From: Phoronis australis
Taxonomy: Eukaryota; Animalia; Phoronida
Assembly (NCBI GenBank): GCA_002633005.1
Contig: NMRA01000287.1
Coordinates: forward strand, 488,317-552,316
Direction: 5' to 3'
Length of the DNA: 64,000 nt
This document shows positions 1-13,552 of the stretch, piece after piece (position 1 is the first letter of the stretch; each line of letters starts with the position of its first letter). The notes beneath the pieces were generated by a model. It saw nothing but the letters and a program-made list of their open reading frames with translations. It was not told the origin of the DNA and did no database searches. The position numbers and the translations under genes were made by a program.

Positions 1-884
1 TTCGTTCTCAATGAATTCCAATTAAGCAACGTTAGCAAATTTTTATGTACCATTTATCAATATTGTTGCTTCTGATTTCCATTAATGAATCTGTACATAT
101 TTTTGTTTTATATATTCGTAATATCATGTTTAAGTACCGGGATACTTATATTAGATACTACTTAAACGTATATACCTCTATTTATATTAGTTTCATTGGT
201 GAATTGTTTACAACCCAGATATAATTCTTCGCGATTTCTTGGTTTGTCATTATTTCTTTGTATGTTCTGTGTATTCTTCAATAAATATATATCACTTTAA
301 AAAATATAACCGTTTCCTTTTTAAAGAACACTTGTAACCCAACTATCCACCGCTACGTTAAAAGTCGGGGTGAAGTATTTGAAAAATCTGCAAAAAATGT
401 GAAAGAAACTTAAGAATTTGAAGCATATTGGATAAATACATTTGGTCTCGGTTGCTTAGCGGAATAATTTCTCCTGGGATATTACTTCATCTAGGCCAAT
501 TTCGATGCCTTTTGCGTATTTCTATCACATAACTTGCGACACTATCATTGATATTCCAACTTAACATTAAGCGTCAAAATCATCCGATGTAATTTGTCAT
601 TGTCCACGTTAGCGTCAAAACATTGCATCGAACGAGCATTTCTTGTTTTTATTGTAGTACAGATGATATGGTTTCTCATGAATATGCTACAGGTTTCAAA
701 AATAAAAGGCAGAAATCAGTGTAGAATGATAGGATCTGTTTTTCATTACCGACTTATCTAACGACTATGAAAGACGGGAGTTTAGATTTGAAGTGCATAG
801 AAAGTCGTTGTGGCTTACTTTTAACTGAAATGAACTAACACGAAAATGGTTGATGAGAAGAATGTACGAGAAAAGAGGTCATGC

Positions 885-1135
885 GACTCAAATGTACTGT
901 AAAAAGAAACTGGAATAAACTGTAAAGCGTGCCTGAAATGTACTGTCAGATGAGACTAAAAGGTATTGTAAGGCGAGACTAAACTGTACATGTACACGTA
1001 CAGTAAAGTGAGACCGAAATGTACTGTAAGGCGTGACTGAAATGGACTGTGATATGAGACTGAGATGCACTGCAAGGCGAGACAAACATTATCTGTAAAA
1101 CGAGTCAGAAATGTACGGTAAAGAGAAACTAAAAT
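885..1135. repeat. Degenerate ~23-bp minisatellite (GTAAGGCGAGACTGAAATGTACT)
   Basis: About 10 diverged copies; same unit as the larger array at 20405-21590. Confidence 0.85.
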
Positions 1136-1154
1136 CAACGAAGAAACGGCATGC

Positions 1155-1222
1155 CTACTGGTGACCGCCGTCACACGCCTTAATGGTCACGTCTATGCAA
1201 ACAGACTATAAAATGGGAATCT
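1155..1222 (+). pseudogene. Decayed paralog of the candidate leader exon at 21606-21677
   Basis: Aligns by eye to 21612-21677 (LLVTAV vs ILVTTV, mostly third-position changes); has a 2-nt insertion and in-frame TAA; follows the same minisatellite. Confidence 0.35.
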
Positions 1223-1515
1223 GGTAAAATCGCAATGAACACAGATTTTGTTGTCATACTGTATAGGTCTTGCCAAGGCCAATAACGCCAAGCAACAAAG
1301 CCTACCTTAGTTATTGCCCAGCTGCATGGTTAATTAGTAATGCTATCTATAGAATTCACCTGCTTTCAAGAAATTAAATTTACAATAAGAATTTTACTTT
1401 GTAAAGGAAACCAATCCATTACTTTGTGTTACCGACAACACTATTGCCAGATGTCCCGCTGTTGCTGGGACCTGCGGTCGATTAAAGAACTCTAAACAGT
1501 GGCCCCGAAACATGT

Positions 1516-1590
1516 GCACCAGTAGCTCGGTGGACCAGAGCGTCTGCACGGTTAGCACGAAGCCCGTGGTTCGAATCTTCTCCGTAGCAG
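1516..1590 (+). mobile_element. tRNA-derived SINE head or tRNA pseudogene
   Basis: A-box-like TAGCTCGGTGG (1523-1533) and B-box GGTTCGAATC (1568-1577) at tRNA spacing; acceptor stem does not pair well. Confidence 0.55.
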
Positions 1591-2894
1591 AGACTTTTTA
1601 AGACTTGACTATAGGTCACATGATGTGGCCAAAGTAGCCTGTGTAAAGGCTAACATGTGTAATTTTTACTTATACCATGTGAACGAGCTGATTTATTTAA
1701 ACTCAATTACGTAGTCGACACACAAGTATAAACAATGCTTGGAGCTCTTAGTCCATGTGTACGACTTGCAATAATTTTAAAGCCTCTCAACATACTTTCT
1801 TTCTTGTTTAAGCTCTTAAAATCATAAGGTAATGTTCAAAGAAGTCATGTTGTGTACCAACCCAACGGTAAGTAGATCGAACAGTTTTAAACAGTGACAA
1901 TAAACAGAAACGTCGACTAGTACAATGTTTTGTTAATGAATTGTTTGGTATTCAAAATTCGTACAATTATTTCCCTGTCTATTACTAATTTATATCACGT
2001 CATTCCCTCTGATTCATTTCCCTTCATGTTACTAGTACACCATTAATTACTTTACATTAAAATTTGATTGGTTGTCAAGTTCGTTAATCAACCACTTAGT
2101 ACACAAACGTGTGACAATTCCATAATATTTATTTTCCGATTTTCTATTTTTAGAATTCAAACGTTCACTTAGACAGTCTGGTAATGAAATGTAGGCATAG
2201 TCATTCCGGAACTTCATTATACAACGATAATTAACGAGACCTGTCCGTAGTACTGTTTATTTACCTACATGTATATCTTATGAAAACTCTCGCATCCCTC
2301 GATTGGTTAATGTAAAATTCTAGTGATGGGAACCGTATTCACCTAAGACACGTTTGTCTTTGGATGCTGGTGTATAGGCCTACTCTCGTTCTATGCTGAG
2401 GAGAGTTTTTATCTGGGGACATTTAGAATGTCACGGGAAGGTCGTGAGGGGTGAATGTAGATAGCCCCCAGTAGTTCTCTCAGTAACACTGGGACCTGTA
2501 TAGAACCTTGCTAGAAACGCAACACTTCGCGATATTTAAATGTTACCACGTGATTTTGGCTAGCTTTTTCACCGCTGGAAAACTACTGTACTCTATTCTG
2601 TTCCTTCCCCTGCATAAGGCCTCGAATTGCCAAATGGAATCTGAGAGAATTTTTTGGGGGCATGCCCCCCTAAATTTGCCACCGTGATTATGTGGATACA
2701 TTTTAAGGACATTGTAAACAATACTGTTCGAGATTATTGTTCTTTGAACAGTTAGGTCCTGTGTAGTTCAACCATAAATCCTGACCAAACCACGTGCCCT
2801 CACGTAGAAACAGTGTGCGTGTCCTGAAGCTGTGAGAGCTACGTATTGAAGCACGAAAAGTACAATGTTGCATACAGTGTATCTTGTCTTTAAG

Positions 2895-2997
2895 GAGAAG
2901 TCAGTCAAAATATGTGGAAAGGAAAGACAATGCATGCCTGACCTCTACCGTCGAGCAAAATGTCTGGAAAAGGAATCGTGCAACTGTCACCAGTTAG
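2895..2997 (+). pseudogene. Cys-rich exon, upstream paralog copy (EKSVKICGKERQCMPDLYRRAKCLEKESCNCHQL)
   Basis: AG/GT-flanked 103-nt exon, same length and phases as 23637-23739 with high identity; one Cys changed to Arg; flanking intron sequence also similar. Confidence 0.65.
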
Positions 2998-4049
2998 GTA
3001 TTGTGTCGAATGTTATATTTCATTTCGGAGGATCCCTTTCCTGCGTCAATTTCTGAAGCTAAGCTAATGGGATTGAATTTTATATCCTACTGGCCATTAG
3101 GAAGAGCTTATAAAACAAAATAGCTAATCACAGATAGGGTAACCAATTTCTGTTAGTCGGGTAACTCATACAATGTGTAGTTTGAACGTACAGGGATGGT
3201 CAATGGGCTCATGGATATTTCTGAAATGATTTCAAACGGAAAATATCTGATGACTGTAACAATCTTGGAAAGTATGTTTTCACTAATATATCAATACGAG
3301 GTCCCCTCTTGCCAGCGGAAACGTGTCAGGAGAAGACTGGCAATAAGTTTAGGTTACAGTATATTTTGCTGTTCTACATGTATTTGGTTATTAGCAAATG
3401 GCACTTGGCAGACGTGACTCATGTGACCAGCATACTGATCACGCACTTTGTTTACAACAGAATGCAAGACATCATTCGAAGGACAATAACCTATGGGGCC
3501 AGGCTAGCGGAATAAAAATACTAGATAACATTCAAAAAGAAGTTTCCAATATATACCAACCGAACCCCTAAATTCGTGAATCGTAGTGTTTCCGCTTTTG
3601 AGAGGTCGAGTGACAACTAGCGTTGGAGTTTTCAGCCTTTGTCAGTATATTTTGGCCAACAGTGTGCGGGACATGTACATGTAGGTTATCACAATGCGAA
3701 ACGAAACAGTGAGTTGAGAAATTGTTGTAAAAATGATTCTTGAAACAGCATATTTAACTAATGCTGTTCTGTGCAAATTTTCAAAACATACATGTACGTT
3801 CGAACTTATCTATGGTTCAGATTTGATAAATAATGCAATCCAGGGACATATCCTGGAGTCTACCACAATTTGTAAGGCAAAAGGAGCTAAGCACAGAGGG
3901 CATTCTGTATGCATTTTGTAAACTGTATTTTTACCCGTTGATAAAGCAAAGTGGCAAAACACAGTGCCATTAAACATGATCACATGATAAGATCGAAACA
4001 GTTGATAAAAACTTCTAATTTTCACAGAAGACTGTTATAGAAACATCAC

Positions 4050-5200
4050 AGAAAGCCGAGACAGTTTGATGAAGGCAGTTTCCTTAAGGCATACAGTAGA
4101 ATACGTGAGGATTGTACATCCATCAACTCAGCTGCAGCAAAATAACGTGTTCTATACCAAACGCTGAGAGGTCGAGTACGTGGGAGGACAGAACCTGAAT
4201 GCGTCGCAATGAGTGTGTCTCCAGGGACCCTTAATTGCAAAGCATATAAAAATGCGAGTCACAGCAGCAGGGTGCAAGGAAGCCAGGAGAGTCTCTTTCC
4301 ATTTAGTGGTTTAGAGGTTTCTTGAAGCGCTGGAAGGAGGTGAGAGCTGAGAAGAAAAAAGTCTATAATATGCAAGACCAAAGTCTGCAAGTCAAATGAA
4401 GATTGATAAGTATTTTGAAGTACTACAGTCTACTTTGGTCAAGTATGGTCAGAAAGACACAAGTCACACACAGACAGCACTGAAGTAGAATGGAAGAAAG
4501 AGCATAACATCATGATCTTCAATTGACTTTCCGACAATCCTGAATATATCCCATTTGACAACACCGTTTTCCTCCTTTAGAGTAATACTAAATCAACAGT
4601 GTTCTTGTCGACTACTGGCGGAAGATCAGGTTGAAAATTATTCTTTTTTACCAAACTGTTGCAAAGGTGTACAGATGGGAAAAGTTCATTAGCAAGTGAT
4701 ATAGTAAGATCAAGAACATGTGCAACTTGGTCTTGTATGGTGCTGACGCAGATTTAAAAATTGTGACTATAGAAAACGAACACAACGAAAGCACATGTGG
4801 CCAAAAGGCACAGGTACAGTTGTAACAAAAATGTACATATGACAAAATTAAGGCACAACGGACAACAAAGAAACATGTGATAAAAAGTCCAAGGTAACTT
4901 TTAAGCCATGTGGAGCGAATAACAGTAACACAAGTAAAGTTAAGAAACTACGAATTGATAATGAACCAGGTCCATCAGGATTAAAGTCATCACAAGCTCC
5001 ATAATTCAAAAAGTGACCACGATGAGGACTTGGACGCAGATGATGAGGGCAGTTGCTGCATCTGCAACAAGGGGTCACCGCCGCAACTACGTCAGTGTGT
5101 GATCATGAACTGGGGAAAATATGAATTCCAGGACTGCAGCCACTGGACTCACATAAGGTTGTGCTGTGATGTGACAGCACTAAGGCCACACCACAGAATT
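4050..5200 (+). mobile_element. Decayed pogo/Tigger-like (Tc1/mariner superfamily) transposase: HTH_psq, DDE_1 and PHD remnants
   Basis: SINSAAAK*RVLYQTLRGRVRG (pipsqueak-type HTH); IDKYFEVLQSTLVKY; EWKKEHNIMIF..IPFDNTVF (LQPLD region); CCIC..W..C.HWTH..C PHD-like end; many stops and frameshifts. Confidence 0.7.
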
Positions 5201-6879
5201 TTCTGATCCTGCCAAAGCGTACCATGCCGTCAGCTCCAAGAAGAGTAACAAGTAACCACTAGGATAGGCTGTGCGTAATATATGTTAAAACATTTCGTAT
5301 TTATGTATTAAATAACAAGATAGTTATTTAAAGAGATTAGACGCAGAAAAGTTTATTGTTGGTCAAGTCACAACACTTAGAATAGATTCAAATGGACATT
5401 GCGTAAACACACTTCACTCAATAGTCCTTTACAAACAAATATATAGTACAATTAATTGCCTAGCAATGCGAACAAAATCCATAACGCATCACAAAAGCCA
5501 CAATCTAGCCAGAGAACAATTACCAAAACAAATCAAATCAATGTAAATCAAGCTGACATTCAACAATCATAGACTGTTATAAAATCTAATCCATCACGCC
5601 CAAAAACATGACGGACATCACAATCACAAGCCTTTTATCAATCTAATGGCATATATACGTACTAACCATGGTTAAATTGATATAAATATTGCTACATTCC
5701 AAAATTACGGAAAGTATGCGACAAATAATACTGAGCTTTACAATAAGAAATTCCTTCAAATTTCACAACGCACAAAGATGGTCCGATCTGCTCCCACAGT
5801 CAAACAACTTAAATGCTCATGGAGGTATGCTTTTGATGCTAAAGTGGATAACCACAAATAACCGGTAATAACCAGACGTTTTCCTAACCAAACCTACGTA
5901 GGAATGACAAAATAAGACAAACAGTAATGAACTACTCCACTACTCTCTGGCTCAGCGGTGAAGGATGGTGCAAGAAACGAACAGCAAACCAGTGTCACGG
6001 GTTCAAACATCATTATTTACACCTGTTGTTCATGATAGATTTCCCAACACAATAAAACCATGTTTAGCACAAATCTATCCCATGTCATGTTCCCACTGCT
6101 ACCAGATCTTCGCTTGCAGTGACTACTTATATAATCGGCCTCAGGATGATGAGCGATCCAGACAGTTTTGGCTCATTAGCAAAACAAAGGTTACAATTAC
6201 ACACTTTCCTGCATAAACAATGTGAACACTTACCGTTATCGCTTACTCAGAATGTGTTTTGTCCCAGTTACTAAATCGGCCGTTTTTATTCGCGCACGCA
6301 TACACCTGTATGTAGATGTGGTTGCAAATCGACTTAACGTTTTTCAGTGGCCGGTTGCATGAAACATTCCCTAAATGTCAGGGACGTCCTTAAGTCTTAG
6401 GGACGTCCCTAAACTTTAGGGACTGTTGCATGAAAAGTTCCCAGTTAGTTTAGTCTTTAAACAGGGACTCAACTTTTGGGGTTACCGAAAGTTAGTCCCC
6501 AAGTTGAATGACGTCATTGGTTTAATTCACATGCAGTCTGTTCAACAGTTCAAAACACGGGTTACTGGTGTCATCATATCGCTTGAATTCATCGTTTAAC
6601 ACCAATAAATCATCACACGCCCATGTAAAACTCTTAAAAAGACACCGAGTTCTTATAAAAACGTGTTTTTTTATTTCTCTGTTACGGATTTATTGCTATT
6701 TGGACACCGTAGCCTACAAAGTTCAGCAGGCCAATTTACTTGTGCCAAGGTCCGTAGCAGGAGTTCGGGATTTGTTCGAGATAACTTCGAAGTATTCTTC
6801 AGTGAAATACCAACAGGAGGACCTAGGTCTGTGTTGTTTAGACTTGTGATTTTTTGAGCTCTAAACACACAAAGCGCTT

Positions 6880-6981
6880 GTTATCCCGGCAGTGGCCGAG
6901 AACCCGATCAGGACCGCCGCGGCCGGACTGACTCGTTATCCCGGCCAGTGGGTCAGAACCCGATCAGGCCTGTAGCGGCTG
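6880..6981. repeat. GC-rich ~55-bp tandem duplication
   Basis: GTTATCCCGGC..AGTGG..AGAACCCGATCAGG at 6880 and 6935. Confidence 0.75.
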
Positions 6982-7589
6982 CCGATACTGGCACGAACAT
7001 AAACCAGATTGAGTTGGAAACTAAACCTCCAGTTACGAAAAGACGGTAATAATGAATCAAAGAAATAATGTGCAAGTAATTATTTATCTGAATTAACTGC
7101 GAAACAGAAAATCTACTTACTTGTCGGGGGCCACGAAATTGGGTCCCCCTTTTCACAGACCGTCAAGGCAAAGGTTGTACAGTAACAATGATTTGAATAA
7201 TGTATATGTATTTCTAAATAAAGATTTCCCTAAGATGTGACCATAGCATATATAATTGAGTAATTGATTCACAACAGCTGTCTGTCGGCAAACACTGAAT
7301 TAGCATGCGCTCACACGACCTCGGTGCCTTGTCAATTACCTATATCGCCGGCATCAAAAGCCGGTAACGCAGCGGTTTATTCACTGCTGGCTTCTCAACA
7401 TTTACACTCACCTATACCGCAAAGGCGTTGCAAATTGTTTCTTATGAAGCTTACTTTGTTTCAGTTTGATACAAGGATTGGTTAGGATGAGAATAATTCA
7501 TTTTGAAACAGAATGCAGAACAAATGTCTACACGGCAACTCGCCCGGCGCCAATCCCGACTAAGTCAAGAGCTCATCCGACGAAGATTT

Positions 7590-7708
7590 TGCGGGTTGGA
7601 TCGTTAGGTTTCACAGGCTATGAGTTCGAACCGGAATACACTGATCAACAAATAATACAGAAGCGTCGTGAACATGCACAGGCAACGGAACGCATGGATA
7701 GTTCTTCG
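7590..7708 (+). pseudogene. Kolobok accessory protein (KolX / P2RX7-C-terminal-like) first-exon relic
   Basis: GYEFEPEY...ERMDSSS followed by a GTAAG donor; resembles the PYxFEP...R-x-W|C start of these proteins; antisense to a THAP ORF. Confidence 0.4.
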
Positions 7709-7943
7709 GTAAGCTGTAATTCGTCAAAGAAATCACTGTCGACGAAATGCCGGTCACAACAAGGAGATGTTTCACGAACTCATACTTGCTATTAACAGCG
7801 TACCTTTTATTCTTCACTATCGCGAGCCACTTCCTGAGCATTTCGGACTCTCGTGGAAGTCGAAAAAGCGATATACACGCTTTCTTCGCCGCTTCATAGT
7901 TCGGACAAGCGGGAACGATGCACCGCAATATAGCGGCATTCAC
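7611..7943 (-). pseudogene. THAP-domain transposase relic (Kolobok-like), frameshifted
   Basis: CIVPACPN..ISLFRLP..RKWL; restoring a 1-nt deletion gives LLVCDRHFVDSDF, completing the C2CH THAP signature. Confidence 0.75.
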
Positions 7944-8779
7944 TCTGCATACGAACCACTGAGGTCGCTGAGTCGTTTCTCTCCTCCCTCATGGGTTAAC
8001 GTGACACCTCTCGGCAAGGTGAGGTCGACCGTATAAGAGGCGATGTGGATATAAACCGGTTAAGACGCTAAAAAAGGCTAATTAACTCGGGTGGCATTCT
8101 CGTTTAATTCCCCGAGCAGACGACTTTAACAGCGTTGTTAAGTGCAGCGACTCCTACCGGAGATTCTGGTATTCACACCAGTTCACCACGAGTTACTATT
8201 TTTTATTTACATTAGCGTGGGAGGCCACATCGTATCGTCTGCTCTCTCAACTGCAGTTGAAAACCCGAATTCTCAGATAACGCACATTGACTGTCCAATC
8301 TACTCGAGCAATTATTCAAAAGGTGGAACCGAAGATGTAAATGCGACAGGTATTCTCTCGTTGATAATAATTTACACCATAATAATTGACCTTAGCCACG
8401 GCGATCATTGGTATTGTTCGGGTTTGGGAATCTACTTTGGATTTAGGGCGCTCCCATTAAGGACCGAGTGTAGGACCTCCTCATGCAACAGTCCTTATAC
8501 AAAATCCTTATAGGGACTTCCCTAACTAGTTTGGGACCTTGGTTATGACTCTAATTAGGGTCTGTTTCATGCAACCGGGCACTGGCGTCCACGTGTCCGC
8601 TCGATATCTCATAAACACCTACTTGGATGTTGGACGTTGACACAAGCGTATAGGACATCACTAGAATAATGCGTGGTACTTTTAAATCTGGGGTCGGGGG
8701 CTTGGCTTTTTCTGATTTTTGGCGGGAAAACAGTTTCCAGGTGATGTGTAGGGAACCAAGTGAGGGAAACACAAATGTC

Positions 8780-11063
8780 TGTGATGACAATGCGGGGCCC
8801 CATCACCAAAGTGTAGGGCAAATCTGACAACTGCAGTTCCTCCTAGATGTTACCGACATGAGCTTTATAAGTGTTGCTTTGGGAAGTGCGTTTCCGGGTG
8901 ATATCTGAAGAAGATATGGACAGATTTCTTTAAAACTTAAAACTTAGCTATAGTATAGGATTGCAACAGGATCAATTGACTTTCGGACGTACTCAACGAC
9001 CTTATCGCCTCCAAGTGACCATTTTGTGTGAGAGCTTTTCAGGATCGTCGGTAAAGAACTGACTAAAAAAATTGTCTCCTTTTGGCAATTTTGTGTTGTA
9101 CCGTTTGCTTGTGATGTGTACAAAACGGAGTGAAGGAGTTTAATGAAAGCTGGCATCGACGTATGTGATGGCAATGCAGAGGCATCATTAATATTTCGGA
9201 CATTTTCTACCTCTGCAGCACATCCAACGCACCATTTAGTTTGCGACATGCTCCTTTTCAAAAGTTGTTTGGGGGAAGAAGGTTTCTGGATGATATCTAA
9301 AGAACCGATCGGCAACCTTAATTAACGCTTGACAAAGCGGTACATAGTGAGACAGCGCCAGCATCATTTAATTTTCGGGCAGATTCGGCAATTGCAGTGC
9401 CGCCTAGTGTGTCATTTTCGTAAGTGTTTCCGGGTGATATGATTTATACATGTACCTAATAGAAGCATTTCAATGAAAGTTAACACAGAGGAATATGTTA
9501 TCAATGTGCGACCAACGTCTAATATTCTACAGTTGCAGAACCTCCTAGAGGTTATTTTTTTCTTCAAAATGGTCTTTTAACTGCTCTTTGGAGGCAGATC
9601 GTTCTTGAGTGATATTAAGGGAACAAATTAACGGATTTCAATGAAACTTGACACCCGCACTATTTGAATTTCAATCGATTTGACCTCAGCAGAATCTATT
9701 AATAACTTCTTCGAGGAAGCATTTTCACGATGATGGAGAATCTAATGGAACTTGACACTGAGCTTTGTGATGTCCTTGCGCCATCACCATTACAAATTTT
9801 GCGCGGGTGGAAATATGTTCCAGTGAAAAACATTCGAAATCTTTGCTCCCCTCAAAATCATGTAAAAGTTCAGTTTTAACGTGTTTTATTGAGAAACGTT
9901 GGAATGATTACTTCGGTGATTACTTTGACAAGTAATTTCGCATCGTTGGACGTAAAGAGTTATGCTGCATTTATTGGAACGTAAATTTCCCAAGGCTTGT
10001 TGTATACAAAGCTAAATTCGTAACCCTCTTTTCAGTAACATTGATGAATTTTGCAGGCGCTTGTTGTATCGATAAAACTGGAAAGAAATTCTGTCTTTTG
10101 GTATTCATTGCTATTCAAAATGGAATTTATCCGCTTTATGCAAATTATTATCTCACATGTCTAAAACTTGGTAAAAGTTGTTGAAATGCTACGTAGTGGA
10201 GTCTCTAAAGCGGCTTACGACATGTCAGCTGATTTAATCGGAATAGAAGACATACTTGGAGGAATCTTTCGTGAGACAGCAGCTGTCAAAATATGGCTTT
10301 TTATGAAATTTTGTTGAATCGAGGAGTCAAGTTTTTGAATATTTTCGTACAAATAGTTAATGACTGCTAAGAGCTACATGTAGGTTGGTGATCAAAAATA
10401 GAGACTGATGTAACCGTATCTTAAGTTTCCGCTACCCCATAGCCTTATTCACGATGTGTGAGTTTGGTTCTATGTTCTCTTTGTAAAGGTTTCAACCTAC
10501 TGTATCTAGTAGTAAAAAGGTTTGGCTTGCCGCCGGGAATAGAAATTGTTCAGTCTTCTCCGGTAGTGGCGCTTCAAGTTTATGTAGTAAACAGGAAATC
10601 ACCCTTTATTTCTACGGAAGAGGAGAGAGCGGTGAGTGCTAGTGAGCCAATGATACCTCTGGAACATAAACCAGTTTTCACTGTTGCGGGAAGTATTTCA
10701 CGGAAACCTGCCCCATGTGTGGCTACGTTATCTACAACTAATAGAGTTGCTGATATTAAGCCAGAGATGATGAGACCTGTACCTAATTCTGCAGAGGTAT
10801 TAAGACTGAACATCAGGAGGTATTTACTCCTCATGCCGATAGGTTTGGAGTTGCCCCAAAAGGTTAATAGTTCTGAACAAGTTCTTACTATTTGAGATAA
10901 ATCAAATTTCTCATCTAAATCTTGAGCAGCACAGTAATGGCGGGCACTAAGTCCCGTATGAGGTTAGATGCCATTACAAAAAACACACGTGGAATTACCT
11001 CAAAGAATACTTGTTCTGAACTGATCAGAACTTGTCGATTATTACCGAAGTCGTTACTGCCAT
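8780..11063 (-). pseudogene. Unidentified decayed intronless coding relic with ~60-aa tandem repeats
   Basis: Long partly open minus-strand frames (8944-9315, ~10580-10960); recurring LGGxAxVExxRKxND-like motif near 9548, 9407, 9228, 9015 and 8846. Confidence 0.45.
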
Positions 11064-11629
11064 GATTCAAGAATCAAATGTGCTGAAAACTTGCACGTCT
11101 TTTCATTCAAAATTGGTTGCGTTCTCCGTAATCCCAAAATTTTTAGTTTCCGTTCGCCTCCAACTTTGGAATTAGTTGTGTTACAGAACCGAGTGAACTC
11201 GTGTACCAGTGACACACTCACATTAAAACTAGATTAATTCATTTCACCCTGTGCAGTGACCAACAGGCATCGGCACGCAATGCGCAAGTACATGTAATCT
11301 GACAACCGATGACGCAACTGAAACCCTACCCAAAAACTAGCAGCTGACCATCTTAAAATTTGGTCGGCTGGCGGTTAGTCGGCAAACAAAAGTCGGATTG
11401 GGGATGCATTGTGTATGAGCAGAGCGGTCAGCTGACGGTCGGCTAAAAAGTAGCCGAAAGGTCAGCTATATTGCCGGCCTTTCGTCGATTCCTAACCTAT
11501 TGGTTCGGCACCTATACGATGGCTCCTCTGACCATGTGGATCAGTTTAAGCTAAAAGCTGAATAAAATATTTTTACTTTTGTGTGGACATGATGTTACAA
11601 TGCTGGAACTATGCTATTATCAAGTATGG

Positions 11630-11670
<41 letters not shown>

Positions 11671-11671
11671 G

Positions 11672-11716
<45 letters not shown>

Positions 11717-11785
11717 CTGTGTGTGTATGTTTGTATACACACAAACACACACACGCACATATAAATATAAAAATATAATATATAA
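11630..11785. repeat. Compound (TA)n(TG)n microsatellite
   Basis: Directly visible. Confidence 0.95.
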
Positions 11786-11994
11786 TATCTGGACATTGCA
11801 AACTCTTTTTATGTCCCGTTTATTTGAGAAAGGCTCATTTCAATTGAGGCATTGCTAGGAAATGATTTGCGACAGCTCAGTAAACATTCATTTTGCCTCA
11901 ACGAAACCAAAATCTGAATTTTGAAGGTTTATTTGTGTTTGCCGACATTATCCCAGTGTTCGTCTCCTAACCAGCCTAAACAGTTTTGTCACAG

Positions 11995-12430
11995 TTCAAC
12001 AAGGAAAAGCCTTGGATCATAGCGGATTGTATCGTGGCTGCGGCCGTACTTGTAAATATGTTAAAAGATTCTGTTGTGGTGTCCGTGTATTGGAAACCGA
12101 TCGACTACTTGCAGCTTTGGATAATCGATGACGAACAACAACCCAGCTGCATTTTCTTTTGATAATTAGAGCCGTGCAGCTTTTGGCCTTTTTTCTGGAG
12201 ACCTACAGTGTAGTTTTAAAATGAGCCGGTAGATGTCGTTACAATTAATTGATACCGTGTGCCCTGGCTTCAACATGTGGGAGCAGCAAAGACAATTTAT
12301 TGAAAATTTTGAGTTGTACCGTTTATGATACATTGATCAATACTTGACATACTACCGAGTCAGGGACAGCAGTTCACTCAGAAAACAAGTCTAACAATAC
12401 AATTATTTCGAAGACACTTCCTCGCCAGAT
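11995..12430 (+). pseudogene. Decayed EAR/EPTP-repeat exon(s), probably of the upstream paralog
   Basis: FNKEKP..IDYLQLWIIDDEQQPSCIFF*..FFLETY..VDVVTIN resembles VTDDSVKQSPTIFKW..FDFLETL of the terminal exon and FNTHSP of exon 27660. Confidence 0.35.
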
Positions 12431-13226
12431 AAGTCAGAGATAGTTACATGTACCGAAATACATACATGAGGCAATAGACATCTGGAACTTTAATAGGCAA
12501 AATTACAAGTCATATCTATGCATATTTTATAAATAGTATAACAATTCAAATTAAGTGTTCAGTGACGGATAAGTAATTTGAGCAGCTACATGAAGGCGAC
12601 AGTATTGACCCCTGGTGGTCTACATATAAAGTAATAATGAACTGACCTGATGATGCGCTGAGGTTGTATCTCCCAATGAGCTATATACATAGAGATGACA
12701 CGACTATACTCGAAGCCAGACAGCGCGTGACACGCGGTCCGCCATATTCATGATGGACGATTCGTAAATAAAAGCGCGGTGGCCTTATGGAAGCCGGGCA
12801 ATTTCCAGAATAAAATTTGAAATTTTGAATACTAACGAGGTTTTAAAACGTTGGTAACATGAAGCAACGTAAATACGTGACCCTTGCGTTGCTTAAACGG
12901 TCATGATCTCTTGCCAGTTTACGAATTGCAGCGCATATACTTTATAATAGTTTAAAAATACCTCGATGCCTTTAATAGCCACATAAGAATCTAGACATTA
13001 ACACATTTTGTTTGAACTAAAATTATAAATGTACAGAACTTGATTATTAGTTGTTTACAAGCCGGATAGGACGATCAGCTGGGGGAGACACTCCCATCAA
13101 CCATTGCATTATCTAAGTATACATGAAGTTATTTTTTGTCAGGTTTAGCCTAAAGAGATCCTACTTAATACATGGGGAAATTTTATGAACTTCCACTAAA
13201 CCTTGAAAATAGTTGATATGAAATTT

Positions 13227-13552
13227 CAGAGGCGCATCTAGGATATCATAAGGTGCGGGCCCAACATTTTGTCCGCGGGAATTGCACAAAGCACAATTGC
13301 ATGGGCGCACGCAGCCTAAAATTGGGGAGCTCGGAAAAACAAGATGGGACACCGATTCCGCCGGCGATCTGACACTTGCACACGCACATAAACTAAAGCT
13401 TCACACATCGTTATATCTTGTTTCAACCGCATGTTAATTACTGGAATTACTTAACGAACTCAATATTTCCTGACGCTCTTGCTGTTCTATTTTTTCGGCA
13501 GACAAGGGCAGGAAGGAGCGCGGCCCGGGCCCACCCCCTAAATCCGCCAATG
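13227..13552. mobile_element. hAT-like MITE with 5-bp TSD, nested in the P element
   Basis: CAGAGGCGCATCTAGG ... CCTAAATCCGCCAATG; AATTT on both sides. Confidence 0.7.

Larger units (their letters stand above)
6348..8581. mobile_element. Non-autonomous PIF/Harbinger-like DNA transposon
   Basis: 18-bp TIRs TGGCCGGTTGCATGAAAC / GTTTCATGCAACCGGGCA (1 mismatch); flanked by CAG/CTG; subterminal AGGGAC/GTCCCT repeats at both ends. Confidence 0.7.

Noticed and set aside
1516-1590. Functional tRNA gene
   Set aside because: A and B boxes are present but the acceptor and T stems do not pair properly.
10458-10895. 145-aa plus-strand ORF as a gene
   Set aside because: No recognisable motif; more likely the antisense shadow of the minus-strand relic.
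11583-11858. ORFs across microsatellites (also 35378-35752)
   Set aside because: Low-complexity translations of (TA)n/(TG)n.
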